A model generated the notes under the pieces. That model was not told where the DNA came from. It saw nothing but the letters and a program-made list of their open reading frames with translations, and ran no database searches. From contig OZ024743.1 of NCBI GenBank assembly GCA_964016885.1, forward strand, positions 229,772,001-229,836,000: 64,000 nt of DNA, written 5' to 3'. Origin of the DNA: Eledone cirrhosa (lineage: Eukaryota). The position numbers were made by a program, and so were the translations under genes. Positions within the stretch are counted from its first letter, which is position 1, and each line of letters opens with the position of its first letter. This document shows positions 62,250 to 64,000 of the stretch, one piece after another.

Positions 62250-64000
62250 CACGCTCCATAACAATAATAATAATGTTAATGGTAGGAACAACAACAAACA
62301 TAATAACAATAATAGCAACACACACAACTATGGCGATAGACATAATGACAACCCCTTAGAGAAACTATTCTTCAATCCAGCTGACAAATCATATCAAATG
62401 AGTAATATTTATCCTACAGGGTTATCCTTTAATAAAAGGGTTTGTATACAACAACAAATAGATGACGAGACAGAAGCACAGTTCACCATAGCTAGAAATA
62501 AGACTAGACATATAGTAGACTATACTAAGAGACAAAGCAGACCAGAGATCCAACAACTTGGAAGGAAACCTGTAGAAGGGTTAGTTAGCCTCAAGCAGCG
62601 CACAAGGGATGGTGAGGTAGTATGTCTACCCACGGATAAGTTTGGTAGGATGTCAAGAGACAGCATGCCGAACTACATCAAGGCTATGCAACTCCACATC
62701 ACCAACACGAGCGAAATTACACAGCAAATACATGAGGGGAGAGAGAAGATCCTCAGCGCTCACATGATGATGTGGACCGACATCCAAAAGCCAAGCAGAC
62801 GAACTGCTACCAACATCCAGGCGTCTAACAATGACATACCACACTTGTATGGGCTCCGCAAAGACCATAAGGCAGTCGACGACACGACAACAGGACCACC
62901 AACAAGACCTGTATGTGGAGCCAATATTGCTAGCAACTACAGGATATCCTACTTCCTCTAAATGGTTATATGCCACATAATCAAGATGCCCCCAGGTGTA
63001 TGTAGCAGTACAGAGGACCTCCTCAGCCGAATCAATGAATGTAACAAAAACAAAAACCTGTCTAACTGCATAATGGGCAGTAGGGACGTGGTATCACTAT
63101 ACACATCCATTAACATTGATTTTGCTGTGGAAAAATGTGTGGAGATGATCAGTGAGAGGGAGGTGCAGTTCTGCGACAGCGACACAGACGAACTGGGCCT
63201 CCTACTTAGACTTACCTATGACACTGACTACCTAGACAGCCATGAGCTTAGCCGTTTCTGTCCCAGTAGACCCATAAGAGGTAGACCCCCCACAATAACC
63301 TCAATGGCAAAAATAAACTCCCTGGGAAGGTGGGTTGGGTGGACTAAAGCCATACGGAACCCCAAAAACAACGATCAGGTAAGAAAAATGATCGCACATG
63401 CAATAGGGTCTAGTATTATAACTACCCTAAAGGGCCACATATTCAAATTCAATGATCTACACCTAAAATGAGGGAGCAGCCATTGGCGTCAGCATAGCTG
63501 GTGATGTTGCCAGCGTTTTTATGGTATGTTGGGAAAGGAGACTCAAAGATCTCCTTGATGAGATCTCCATAGACCTCATCATGTACTCTCGTTACGTAGA
63601 CGACATTAATATAGTAACAAGAACACCCCCACAAGAGAGTACTAACAAGTATGATTTAGAATGTAGCTCAATGGAAAGCATCCAGCAGATAGCTAATTCC
63701 ATACACCAGAGTATAACTGTAATTATCGACTACCCTTCCAAACACTCTAACAGTAGACTACCTGTATTAGACACGGAACTCTGGATTAGCACTATAGACG
63801 AGAGGGCTCAAATTCTCCACTCATACTACGCTAAACCCATGGCCTCCAAATACCTGATACTCAAAAACTCAGCAATGTTCAGTAGTGCTAAGTTTAATAT
63901 TCTGATCGCAGTCTTGGTACGAGTGATGAAGAACATGGTCTGCATGTGAGACCCAACAGAAATGGAAAGACACATCCAACACTTCATCAACCGCATGCAG
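62250..64000 (+). mobile_element. Third PLE family A copy, disrupted, running off the window end
   Basis: Homologous to 30163-31870 (PLEKLFFNPADK, RYVDD), with a stop at ~62960 and a frameshift at ~63455. Confidence 0.88.

Overview
Eukaryotic, AT-rich, microsatellite-saturated repeat region with no convincing host CDS. The SINE and microsatellite style suggests a cephalopod such as Octopus (inference only). It contains a decayed RTE-like LINE, stacked Tx1/L1-type LINEs in (TCTA)n tracts, four Penelope-like retroelements (PLEs; two families, three copies with inverted 3' copies), an R4/Dong-type fragment, two mariner relics, a non-autonomous Helitron and SINEs. The most striking signal is a hammerhead-ribozyme (HHR) system. 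A 310-bp tandem array (2228-6778) carries 15 type I HHRs and looks like a non-LTR retrozyme, i.e. a circular-RNA template. At least five other sequence-unrelated short non-coding elements also carry type I HHR motifs. Most of these form inverted or circularly permuted pairs inside (TA)n tracts, next to PLEs that could supply RT and GIY-YIG endonuclease. Most ORFs in the track are microsatellite translations. All structures were paired by eye; no folding or database search was run.
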